Positions 24,721-37,367 of a stretch of 64,000 nt of DNA are shown in pieces. Below the pieces are notes generated by a model that saw only the letters and a list, made by a program, of their open reading frames with translations, was not told where the DNA came from and ran no database searches. The position numbers and the translations under genes were made by a program. Within the stretch, counting starts at the first letter, position 1, and each line of letters starts with the position of its first letter. The stretch covers positions 22,632,001 through 22,696,000 of the forward strand of contig NC_087251.1 in the NCBI RefSeq assembly GCF_037042905.1. Direction: 5' to 3'. This stretch comes from Lytechinus pictus. Its lineage: Eukaryota.

Positions 24721-26689
24721 TTATTCGATTAATTTAAATAGTTTTTCTCGATGATAAAACTGAAATTACATACATTTAAGCAGGAAATTATCATTTAAAA
24801 GTACAACATTGATGTTTGAATATATGAAAAGACGTGCTTCTCGGATTTTTTAAATAATTATTTTCAATAACCATGATGCCTCCATTAAGGTGCAAAGTCA
24901 GACTATTTCAATAGTCGGTGCAATATGAAATTAAGGCGGTATTATTTTTTTCTTTATTTAATAATACTTTCACGGCTGAATCCCCCTTTTCGAAATTCTT
25001 TTCCCCTACTCCTGGAAGGCACTATTGTAGTATATACCATGGCAATCTATTGTAAATAATGTGATTCTTGATGATTTATGATAAAAACGTTAATATAAAA
25101 AAATTATATTGTAATGAAAAGTAAAATACAGAAATTGCATATAATGAGACAAACACCTTATTAGAATAATATAAACAACTTTCCACTACAAAAGATATGT
25201 TGAAGAAAAAAATATTTGTTCCATATTGATTTCTTATTATATACTTTGCCGTAATCATGTAAATAATCTTGATCATTTTCCCAATTATACTGTTTACTGA
25301 ACTTCTTTTCTTACAGGAATCATTTCAACAAGTTTTTTTAATGCTTTCCATGATTGCACTTGATAATGCTTTGATTGATTGTACATAATTATGACATGTT
25401 AAAATGAAAATAGGAGGGGATTCAGGACGAAATGATATATCGATTATTGTTCTGTTAAACACATGACAATGAGTCAATAAGTTCAATGTTGCTTACAAAA
25501 CATTTTGTGTCATTTTCTTTCTTTCTTTCTGCTCGTGATATCACAATACGTATTCTCTAAATTGGTTTGTTTTATGAAAATGTGTATTTTCAAGGTCTTC
25601 GTCAAGAAGAATAATTTTGATCTTGACTTATGTTTTTATCACTCTATTATCTTTTATAATTCGTTTTGTGGAGATTTTGGCAGGTTTTTCCCCGATGAAC
25701 GTCCTGTGTTCCCAATATAATTAATTTATTATGTGCTTTATACAGTAGCGGATTCGGGATTTTTAAAATAGAGGGGGTGCACATAACAATATTGAAAATG
25801 GAGGGGTGCAGATTCTTGGATTTATCTATGTTAACAAGTATGTTCAATTGGCAATTGGCTTGGATCCGAAATTACTAGAATTTTAAAGTCGTTGGTACCA
25901 AATTAGGTATGAAAATATATCGGGGCAAATCGATATTCAACTTATTAATCTGTTGATTTATCATGGTAAGGGTTCACAATAATTTAGTTGTTTAAGTTTA
26001 GTGGTTGTTAGAACAGTTTTTGTTTCTTTTTTTTATCCATGTTTTGATCTTCGACTCTGTTCAATATTACATTGTGTGTTGTCTGAATTTATTTTATGAT
26101 GGAATGTGAACATTTTGAAGATAAGGTGAATCTTAACTTTCTCGATATGTCTCCTGCTTTCATTTTCCGCATCTCCGTAATGTTGTCTTTCTTCAAATAT
26201 CCTTTCTGTATGTAAGTCATCGTTTCGTTATTTTAGATGATATTTCAACATCAACAAAATTAAAGAATGTCATTATGGGATGGGGGGTCAAAGGTGACTT
26301 AAATGAAACTGCACGGCCCTTCGTTCCTTTATCTCTGTGTCAATCAAGTTACATTACTCGTGATATTTCAGATTATGATTGTATAATGCATTCAGTGAAG
26401 AAATTTGAAAATGAAGTTCATGATTTTGAAATTTCATATCGCTTCTTTATCACTTTGTTGTTGTTTATATGATGAAATGGGAAGACGCAGATGTTTTCAA
26501 AATAAATGGTAATTGTGCTTGACAAATAATTTCATCTTGATGTTTCACTTTGGATACTAATTGTGTGCTGCCATCTCTTGACTATGAATAGAGAAGGATA
26601 TTTTATCCCTCACCGTACCGTAGTCTGTGTACTGTGGGCACTTCAATCAGCGATTGGGTCTTAAAAATAAAAAAATCATCAATGTTTTT

Positions 26690-26935
26690 ATGGCCTAGCT
26701 GCAGAATATCTCACTGATCTATCGACGCTCTTCAAGCTCTCTCTCAGACCACTTTGTTCTTCAACAACCTTGCAGCTGACCCTAGGACCCCGAAAATAAA
26801 TACCAGTTATGGTGAACGAATCTATTCTGTTTTTGCCCCAAATCCAATGGATAAATTACCAACATACATTCACAATGCCAACCCCCCCCCCGATCAATTT
26901 AAAACCCTCTTAAAGGCCCATCTTTTTTTAAATAT
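26690..26935 (+). mobile_element. L2/CR1-group LINE 3' remnant
   Basis: TSYGERIYSVFAP..DKLPTYIHNA...FKTLLKAHLF matches the YGxRxFSxxAPxLWNxLP...FKxxLKTHLF ORF2 C-terminus. Confidence 0.75.
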
Positions 26936-27154
26936 CTAGATATTTCCACTGTTTTTCAGTTGTGGGTTGGTCTGTACAGAGGTGCAAATCTTTGTTCACT
27001 TTTGTTTCTGTTTCTTTCTAATCTGAGATTTGGTAATTTACTTTTGTTAATTAAAAGACAGAAAATTAAGCGCTTAAAACATCTGTATTAAGGGCCTTAC
27101 CATTTTCATAATAATCATTATTGTTATTAAGAAGATACAGGTGCTTTGGCAAAG

Positions 27155-27699
27155 TGGGTAAAGTTACAGGTCTAGTCCATCCCAGAAATTGTTGATTTGA
27201 ATCCATCAAAATCGGTAGTAAAAGAAAAGTTATGACATTTTTAAGTTTCACTATTTTCCACAAAACAGTTATATGCACAACTAAGTGATATGCAAATGAG
27301 TCGATGATGTCCCTCATTCTTTCGTTTTTATTTTTGAATTATACAAATTTCATTATTTACAAATTTGACAGTAAGGACCAATTTGACTTAACCATAAACT
27401 GTTAAAATAATGGTAATTCTACATGTTCAGGGAGGAATGAAATTTTGTTTCACTTGACAATAAGGAGAAAATTAGAATGTTTTATATTTCATAAAATAAA
27501 ATACAAAAAAATAGTGAGTGGGTGACGTCATCAGTCTGCTCATTTGCATAACGACCAGGATGTGCATATAATTGTTGGGTGAAATAAAGCAAAATTCTAA
27601 AATGTCATGACTATCCGATTTTGATGAAATTTTCAGTGTTTTGCTTGTTGGATTTTTCTCTTTTTATCAATTTTTTTTTGTGGTGGACTTGTCCTTTAA
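27155..27699. mobile_element. TTAA-flanked MITE family copy (Kolobok/piggyBac-like)
   Basis: Same family as 35867-36447; ends GGTGGACTTGTCCTTTAA; a partial copy lies at about 8600-8985. Confidence 0.7.
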
Positions 27700-30600
27700 G
27701 AACACAATTCCATTCTGCAGTGAATTTTGCATAGGAAACCAGTTTTGCGACTATTGAAAACTGATGGTTTTGCATTTATTGTATGCTTACTCATGCATGA
27801 CTAGATCGACCAATCTTGTTTTTGGACAAGTTAGTTGATAGTAGGAAAATTCCTGCCAAATCAATCTAAAAAATAACTCATCCAAAAATTTAAAAGAGGT
27901 AGTTGGTTTGTTTTAGGTGTTAACATGGAAAATACATAAAATCATTGTCACCCCCATCTCCCAAATAAAATAAATGAAAAATAAGTTTGAACTGGTATCA
28001 TAAGACACTCCAAAATTCCTTCATTTTTTTTAAAGAGGGGGGGGGGGGGTAGAAGTGCTCAAAATCATTGATACATTTGCCATTATTAATTTACATATCT
28101 GCTATAATATAATACAATAATCTACCTACCCATAACTCCAATGATTCTTTCTTTGGCAATGTTATTAATATTTTGAGCACTTCTATTTGCAAAGCTCTTA
28201 ATTTCATTCTAAACTGTTTAATGATAAATTATGTTTACCACTGAAAAGGGAAAATGAATGAGGGTTTATAATTAGATACATTTTGATTTAATAGCAATAT
28301 AATTTAATCACATAACTGTGTAGGATATCTGGAATAGATTTATATATGGAAATGATGAGTTCCCCAGCACCAAAAATAGTATACATATTTCAAAGCAATT
28401 ATATATTCCACATCATTTCACTAACTACTTCTAACTTGTACTAAAAAGTGCAAAATAGAAATTATTTCAATGAATACAATAAAATAGACACAGATATGAA
28501 ATTTGGGAACTCTCTGAGTGCACGCGATCTAGAAGTACTGAGTGGAAAATGATCCTCACTCTTTATTTCTAAGGCAAATATTGCTTTATAAACAATATTA
28601 CAAAAATAATTCTGAGCGAAGCTTCATTCATCTCTAAAGAGGCATGAAAATACCTTTAATTCTCATTTTCAATTCATCTGTAGAAAAGTCACGATATATA
28701 TTTACTCTAAAGCTGCTGAAATAATGTACTAATGAGTCAATAATACTGTACATATATTATACTAGAATATCAATTATCAATCTTTGCACTCGCCACTTAA
28801 TGATGTACTAAGTTTAGAGCTGCATAAAGTACCATTATGATTGTGAATTCAATGAAATCAAGAAATTACCATCATCATGCAATTGCTGTTTAAGACATTT
28901 TTTTGTAGCAAAACTATTATTTGTCTGATATACATTTCTTGAAGTTAGTTTCTCTCTTGATAAATGTTTCACACAGATATACTATAGCTCTCTTAGGAAA
29001 TGAAAATAAGTCTGAGTAAGGCATCTAGCATTAATTCACTATAAAATACTAGTATAGCATTTTGGCCACTTGAATTAACATTATTTTGTAAGATATTGAG
29101 TCAAAAATGCATACTTTTTAAACTCACTCCTCCACCTCTTTTCATAAAAGGTTTCAAAGGCACAAACAGCACAAGAAAGCCTTCATTAACCATTGTCATA
29201 CAATTGTAATATGATCACGATGCATCATCTCAATATTCATCATGCATTGTCGGCTGATAAAAAGTAATATGCAAACAATACATAGTTCTAAATTTCCAAT
29301 ACCTATTTTATGTCCGAAACTGTTGGCTAAACTGAACAAAAGGCACTTTCAACCAATTGGCAAACAATAAAATACATTTTTCCTTGATCCTTCACAGCTA
29401 AACAAATAATGCTTTAATAACGCCGTATCAAGAACAAGAAATAACATACTGGAGATACACTATATATATTTTGTATACAAATAGACAGCAAAATCCATTA
29501 GAATGACATCATCTTGACATTCAATCATCCACTCTGGAAATTAAAGGTCTATTCATTAACACATATCGATGTCCCTTTTTTTTATTTCAAATATCTGGCA
29601 CTATATTTAATTGGTATTTGTAATAGCAATATTCATTACTGCTTTTATTGATAGTCTTGCATGTTCTGTTGTACTGCTCGATGTGTAATACAACAGATTA
29701 GAAACAATATCATTCATAGATAAACCAAATAAACTTCATTCTGTATAGAATGACCTTTGACCTCTACCTCTGACCTTTCACCAGTGTTTCACTACAGGAT
29801 GCAAAGGGATTTGTATGAGATGCACAGTGTTTAATACAAATTATATCCATCACAATCCTCATTCATTATATCTACAATGAAAAATGGTATATTCAAATTT
29901 AAAAGAAATAAGAAACATGTAACAGCACCATATACAAGAATATTCAGAAGCCGAAAGGCATACTAAAAATAAAAGACCATGTCACTTTATAATTGTGCTA
30001 TGATATGCAAGCAATATGATTTAGGTAGTAATTTTTACATTGAAGTAGTATTTAGCGCTTCGTATCCTCTGGAAAAAGCGCTATATAAATCCAATTATTA
30101 TTATTATATTATTTATTATATGAACTCATCTAGTCCAATCCTACTTAAAAAATTTCTACATATACATGTATCTTTGCCATTAAAGTTTAATTTTTGCAAG
30201 AATAATGTAATGTATGACAGTTTCAGACACAAGCATGCCGCTACCATTAATGCAATCAAGCAAAAATCCCTTGAAATGGAATGAAAGGCAATAACTTTAA
30301 TATACTTTCTTTCAAATGATAAATTCAATTAATTTGACTTTCTTTTTTCTTCACCCTCACATAGCCCCTTCCCCCATGAATTTCCCCACCCCCTCCTTTC
30401 CCTTTGTCTCCTTCATCTCTTACCATCATCATAATTAGAGTTGTACTGTGTATAATGGCATTAACACCAATCGCTTCTACAAAATACTCGAGCAACCAGC
30501 TGCTTTTAAAAAAGAGAACAATTTCAATCAACCATTATCAAATATATCTTGACCATATAAAGATATATTACAAACCACAGTGCATTTCATGCAAACTATG

Positions 30601-31317
30601 AAACAAACTAACAAACAAATACATGTAAACGGCTATAACCACAATCATTAAAACAAACAAAGCATTAAAATTATACAATTGTAAACCTTCAAATATAGAT
30701 TATTATTAGTACTTAAGATGTATAATTCGATGAGTCAGTAATTCAGCATAAATATCTTCATTATTAAAGATCAGGCTATACAAGGCAATGTCAGTAATAA
30801 GGATATCTGTACAGATAAAGAAATTAAATGTTAATCTACATGTATGTACAATTCATGTAAAACAAAATAATTATAACAGTTTCATAATTATATGTTCCAA
30901 TTTCAATGTGTGTACAGTGTATGAGTATTTGGAAAGGTCACGTATACACATTTGAAAAAGATCAATAGGCCTAATGTAATACTTTTAAGTCCAGTAAGTC
31001 ACATTCTACATGTATCTGGCCTTGCTTTATTGAGAAATTAATAAGATGCAATTTGCATATCACAATCCCAGTGATTGCCAAGAAGATATTTCATATCCTG
31101 TAGCTATGTAAATCCAATCTTTATATCATTTCATTTCTTCTTTTTTTCTTCAATCATTTGCAGAAGAGTGAATTTAGTTTTCCTCATATAGAGAACCATT
31201 CAAATTAATCTTAGAATCCTTTCAAAAATGAGTAGACAGCTCAGAATGAACTTGTGCCCTGTGTCATTACAAATTATTATCAATATTCAGGGTTTCATTT
31301 CATTAAGCTACTCATAA

Positions 31318-31478
31318 TGCCATGGTCACATTTGTTCTACGGCGGCCGTACGGCGAGTCGAAAACAGCCGTTTTAACATTTTTTGTCCAACTACATATAG
31401 GTGGTTTGAATCAAAATTGATAAAACGGCTGTTTTCGACTCGCCGTACGGCCGCCGTAGAACAAATGTGACCACGGTA
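31318..31478. mobile_element. Palindromic PIF/Harbinger-like MITE
   Basis: About 55-bp TIRs (GGTCACATTTGTTCTACGGCGGCCGTACGGCGAGTCGAAAACAGCCGTTTT); TAA on both sides; second copy at 34781-34943. Confidence 0.88.
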
Positions 31479-31942
31479 TAAGTAACCTGTGTATACAATT
31501 TTATGCATGACTTGTGACCATTTTCCTATGCTAATTTTCCATTTTCCTGTGCTAATGCCGAGCGCTGGAAAGGCTGCTTGAGCCACAGCCGGGGTAATAA
31601 TATCCAAGTCCTTTGGAAGCGCATAGAGACGTTATTCATAATGTGTGATGCGCTATACAAGAACTGATTATTATATTATTAATTTAGATACCCCCAATTT
31701 TTTCCTGTTTGAAATAATGGGAGTGAATTTTCTCTAGTTCTAATCAAATTTGGACAAATAGGAAACTGCATTATTGGAATGCTCGTTAATGAAGAGAATT
31801 TTTAATCTGAAAAGATCAGATTTCAAGATAAATGATTGAGAATTTGATCTAAATAGCATAACATTGGCCACCAGTCATGCACAACTAACAGCTTTTATGA
31901 AATACAACCTTGATTTACAAATTTTAATAGGCAGTTACAAGG

Positions 31943-32117
31943 TGGGTGTTTCATAAAGCTGCTTGCAACTTAAGAGCAACTTTAAGAATGACTGGTGATC
32001 CTTTCTATTTCCTGGTAAATGGTATTTTCATTGGCGATGGTTTAGCGTGTAAGAAAGGTTCACCAGTCATTCTTAAAGTCGCTCTTACCTTACGAACAGC
32101 TTTATGAAACGACCCCT
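31943..32117. mobile_element. Short MITE
   Basis: TIRs GGGTGTTTCATAAAGCTG and CAGCTTTATGAAACGACCC; related-ended elements at about 33943-34080 and 40452-40576. Confidence 0.7.
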
Positions 32118-32932
32118 GGATTCTTTAACATATTGCAATGGAATGATCAACTGGAATTCTTTCCTTCTAAAAAAATATAAATATGTCATTGAGCATGCTA
32201 GAACCTGAATCCATGGGTGGTATTCTTGAAATTAAATCTGGGTTTAACTTGTACATGTAACTATACAAGAATTTGAGTCTACACATTTATGGAATGCTGG
32301 ATTTCACATTCATGTCAAAGAAAATGTACCAAATAATTCATTAGATTCACTGGATGCTCGTACAATTCTTCACATTTGATTCACGACACCATTAATTTTT
32401 TTTCAACAGCTTTTTGCCACAGAATTAAAATAATATATACTAGGCGAATGATTTTGCAATTAACACTCCATAAAAGGGTGAAGTAAATCAACCATCAACG
32501 CTATGAGACTACCACCCAATGTAGTTACTTCCAATATGCATTCTGGTTAATCTAAAAACCTGCATGACTTCATGGCAAATTACTAGGGAGTGGAGAAGAG
32601 GTCATGGAATGTTGGCAACAGTGTTGTCCTCAGAGCTGCAAGAAATCCACCACCAGGCACAGTTCTGCAGAATATCATGGGAAGTGTTTCATGATACGAC
32701 TTGTTTGATGTTTTATCTAGCAAAGTCTTTTATATCTGATAATTTCTGTAGTCATAGCTAGACCCATGTGCTTCTCAGCCAGAAGATATGTGAAACCCTC
32801 TCCTGATGTACTTTTCTTCAGCCGAAACCTCATACTTCTCGGTGACCATGCAGAATATCTTCCTGTCACTCTGAGAGCACTTACCAAGGAAGAGACACCA
32901 GTCCTGGACAGGTTGTAAAAAGACTACAGACC

Positions 32933-33213
32933 TCACTGCTGCAAACATCGGCCCGGCGCATCATCATCATCGACAGGAGAATGCCTGATGTAGTTGTCTG
33001 TGATCTGCACCTGATACTCATACCTTGCCATGTAGCGTATCCTCTTCTCTGGAGATTTCTCACTGGAGACGGCCAAGGATCGTACAGTGGTCTTGGAGGC
33101 CGTGGTGTGAGGGGTGTGGTACTCCACCTCTACGTTGCGGGAGAAGCTCTTGCTGACCTCTTTAATAGAACTCAGGTTCAGGTGGCACTTGAATATGTGG
33201 GTAGATGGATGAC
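32933..33213 (-). CDS. STON2: Stonin, terminal coding exon 5 (GHPSTHIFKCHL...ASKTTVRSLAV...YEYQVQI...CLQQ*)
   Basis: End of the mu-homology domain; tttttctgtaatAG acceptor in phase 1; TGA at 32935-32933. Confidence 0.93.
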
Positions 33214-34780
33214 CTATTACAGAAAAAGGGATACAGAGATAGGTGTATTATTCAATTTAAAGAGTGATATTGAGAATAATTCATGCATTCAATAACCTGA
33301 TCAAAAAACCTGAGAGACATAAAACATTTGCCATGAGCACTCATCTGTAGTGCCAGAAATTTCATTGTCATTATCACAAGTCATTAAAGTACTAAATCAA
33401 TGGGAAGTTCTATCTGTGTGTAGTTTCAATACGAGAGATTGCAAAAGATTAATAGCAAATCACTGCCTACTTGAATTAAATTCAACTTGCCCCATATATC
33501 ACAAGTGGAATACAAAACATAATATAGCAGAATTAAATCACAAAGAAGTAATTCCAATAGCATCATATTATGGTCTTTCGGAGTGTCTACATGTCCTTTT
33601 TGCCGAATGAATCTGAACAGGATAGACTTACTTTCAGTATCTTCTAAAAATAAATCATCCCTTATAACTTCATGTGTTAAAGTTTCAATATCAGTGAACT
33701 AACACTTATCAGACTACAAATATATAGTTTACATTGCTATTATTATCCAAGGAGGCTTCAACTAAACCATTACAGTAATTAGTTTGATTAACTCTCTTCT
33801 AAGATCTTCTTGATCACTGTTCATTACATGATTTATCAAACTTGGAGAGTCTTAGTGATCTTGATGCTCATGTGATTAGATAGCCATCGCCAAGGACTGA
33901 GTGAAAGCTAATCAAATTCATGACTCTCACATCAGTATCACGGGAGCATTTCATGAAACAAACAATCAGTTATTTTCACACTGAATACTGTTATAAGCTA
34001 CTAGAATCCTTGCATCTGATTGGCTGAAAGGAAACTCATCAGTGGAAATCACTGCCTAAACTCTTCATGAAATGCTCTCACATTTTTACTGGGAAACATA
34101 ATAAGCCATCAGGGAATCCATCCTCCACACCCATCAAATGCTGGAAATCTTCTAGATTTCCTGTATCCCAGAGGTATATTGCTTAAATAGTTTCTTCTGC
34201 TTCTGTTTAAATCTCCAATGAGCCTATGCAGCCTAGTACGAATATGTAACAACAGATTACGAGATTGCAGAGATGTTGATTACCGTTATAGAGAGCATAC
34301 ATGTACATGTACCATGATCTAACCTCTAAACTGATGAGTGCAATGTATCATGTATCATCAACATGAAAAATACATTACACATAGGGTTGCAAAGGGCTGG
34401 AAATTTTCCGGAAATTTTGGAAAATTTCCATGGAAAGTTTAGGGAATTTTCATTTTTTCCCAAAAAGTTATAAATTCTATTTTTAAATACAAAATTATAA
34501 ATTGATATCCTCAAATATTATACTTTCCATTTGTATTTAAACTATTCTTCATTCTTTAAATTGCCCAGGGTATAAAATATTCATCAAACTGTACATAAAT
34601 ACATTATAGTATATACATACATGTATCCATTAACATGATGGAGCATTATGTACATGTACAAAATGAAGCTTTTCAAGTCAACATAAAAAAATAAAACTTT
34701 GCATTACACTATTTTTCATTTTTCTTAAAATGTCAAAGGTTTTTTATGTGAGAACCTGCCATTGTATAATAACATGTTAA

Positions 34781-34943
34781 TACCTTGGTCACATTTGCTC
34801 TACGGCGGCCGTACGGCGAGTCAAAAACAGCCGTTTTATTAATTTTAATTTAAACCACCTATATGGAGCTGGTACAAATAAATGTTAAAACGGCTGTTTT
34901 CAACTCGCCGTACAGCCGCCGTAGAGCAAATGTGACCAAGGTA
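34781..34943. mobile_element. Palindromic PIF/Harbinger-like MITE, second copy
   Basis: Same TIRs as 31318-31478; TAA TSD. Confidence 0.88.
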
Positions 34944-34967
34944 TAAGAGAACATTGCCCCCTACATA

Positions 34968-35311
34968 TAGTCTGCATGCACAGACCCTTATTGAAACTTT
35001 GATCCACAAGTGGGTCTTCACACAAGACTAGAACGAATACAACTTTTTGTTGAACAAAAAGTTCTGTACACAAGTCATTGGCAGAAATCTTAGGCTGCAT
35101 ATTCAGACCACTTTCCTTGAGTGAAGGGTTTGCACTTGTCTGCTGTGCAAAGGCAAAGCCTTCACTTGAGTTAAGGGTCTGAATGTGCAGCCTACTCATG
35201 CCTTGTGTATTAAAGGCCCTCTCGCTCAGGAAACAGCAAGATTTTACTAGTCTTTGCGTAGAGACCCACTTGTTGATCAAAGTTTCAATCAGGGTCTGTG
35301 CCTGCAGACTA
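34968..35311. mobile_element. MITE with about 40-bp TIRs
   Basis: TAGTCTGCATGCACAGACCCTTATTGAAACTTTGATC and GATCAAAGTTTCAATCAGGGTCTGTGCCTGCAGACTA. Confidence 0.78.
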
Positions 35312-35866
35312 GGTTTGCACAGCAGACTAATCCCACCAGCAGCTATGGCACTGGCTTGAGTCTTTAAATGGGAAAAAATCAGATCCAGGAACAAACAATG
35401 TTAATTTGCTATTTATTTCTGAGATGCCCCCCTCCACTCCCCCCTCCGAAAAAATGGGGGCAAGAAATAACGATATAATGGCTGACTTTGAAAACAATCA
35501 AGATGAATAATTTTTCACAAAGGGAGAAAAAAAATGCACTAAGTTTGTTGACCTCAAATAACCTTTGACCTTGATTGAGATTGAGAAACTTATTAATTTC
35601 ATCTTTTGTGATATTAAATGACAATCTCATATCAGTTTCATTTAATTAGATCTAATGTTTTTAAAATAATGAACAAAATATTTATTTCTAAGAGGGTTAA
35701 TTGAACTGAAATAAACTTTAAGCTTGAACCAGCAATCTGTATTTATACTCATCAAATTAACGCCACAAACAGCACCAACTTCTCACTTCTGCTATGCAGA
35801 AATAAATGAGAAATAAAGAAATGATAGTAAAATGATAATGCTAATTACAACAATAATTATTATTAA

Positions 35867-36447
35867 AGGACAAGTCCACCCAAACAAAAAATTGATTTGA
35901 ATAAAAAGAGAAAAATCCAACAAGCAGAACACTGAAAATTTCATCAAAATCGGATGTATAATAAGAAAGTTATGACATTTAAAAGTTTTGCTTAATCTCA
36001 CAAAACAGTTATATGCACATCCTGCATGGGTATGCAAATGAGGAGACTGATGACATCATCCACTCACTATTTCTTTTGTATTTTATTACATCAAATAGGG
36101 AATATTCTATTTTCCCCTCATTGTCAAGTAAAACAATAATTGATTCCTCCCTGAACATGTGGTATGACCATTGTTTAATACTATAGGATTCAGTCAAGTT
36201 GGCCCTTATTGTCAAATCTATAAAAAATGAAATATTGTATAATTCAAAGTACAAATAGTGAGTGAGGGACATCATCGACTGTCTCATTTGAGTTGTGCAT
36301 ATCACTGTTTTGTAAAAAATAAGCAAAACTTTTAAATGTCATAAATTTCTTATTTTACATCCGATTTTGATGAAATTTTCAGCATTATGCTCGTTTGATT
36401 TTTCTCTATTGATTCAAATCAACATTTTTCTGGGGTGGACTTGACCT
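35867..36447. mobile_element. TTAA-flanked MITE (Kolobok/piggyBac-like)
   Basis: TTAA|AGGACAAGTCCACCCCA ... TGGGGTGGACTTGACCT|TTAA. Confidence 0.85.
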
Positions 36448-36517
36448 TTAATGATTCTCATCATCTGCAAAAAGATCTGAATATCCAATAGGCATCATTC
36501 CATGAACAATGTATACA

Positions 36518-37367
36518 CAACAACAAGGCAAAAGCGATTTTGTGTCTCGCCCACTTATGAAAATAACCAGAAATATCGTGATTTGCAAGGGCACGCAACA
36601 GAATTGTATCGAAACTTTATTGTGAAATGACTGGGATGGAATAACACTTGTCATAAGAGTCTTGCACGTAAGCTTTAACGTTGACCTGAAAATGACCTTT
36701 GACATTACCATTTGACCTCTGAATGCAGCATAACATGCAGGTCCCCCCAGTCCATCTACCATCCAAGTTTGGTTGAAAAGTGACTTATGGTTGTGGAGTT
36801 AGGTGTCATAAGAGAGTCTTGCATGTAAACTTTAATGTTGACCTGAAAATGACCTTTGACCTTACCATGTGACCTCTGACTGCAGCATAACATGCAGGTC
36901 CCCCAAGTCCATCTACCATCCAAGTTTGGTTGAAAAGTGACTTATGGTTGCAGAGTTAGGTATCATAAGAGTCTTGCATGTAAACTTTGACGTTGACCTG
37001 AAAATGACCTTTGACCTTACCATGTGACCTCTGACTGCAGCATAACATGCAGGTCCCCCAAGTCCATCTACCATCCAAGTTTGGTTTAAAAGTGACTTAC
37101 GGTTGCGGAGTAAGGTGTCATAAGAGAGTCTTGCATGTAAACATTAACGTTGACCTGAAAATGACCTTTGACCTTACCATGTGACCTCCGACTGCAGCAT
37201 AACATGCAGGTCCCCCAAGTCCATCTACCATCCAAGTTTGGTTGAAAAGTGACTTACGGTTGTGGAGTTATGTGTCATAAGGTTTGTGACGGACGGACAA
37301 CGGATGGACGACGGACGACATTTGGATCCCTAAGTCTCGCCTTCACCTCTGGTGGGCGAGACAAAAA
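36518..37367 (+). mobile_element. Helentron/DINE-1-like non-autonomous element with 4 x ~156-bp central tandem repeats
   Basis: Subterminal TGTCTCGCCC near the left end, inverted GGGCGAGACA at the right end forming a hairpin with GTCTCGCC; GGAC microsatellite; units start at 36650, 36805, 36962 and 37117. Confidence 0.78.

Noticed and set aside
36650..37280. CRISPR-like regular repeats
   Set aside because: Whole units are repeated with no variable spacers; the flanks have Helentron-like structure.
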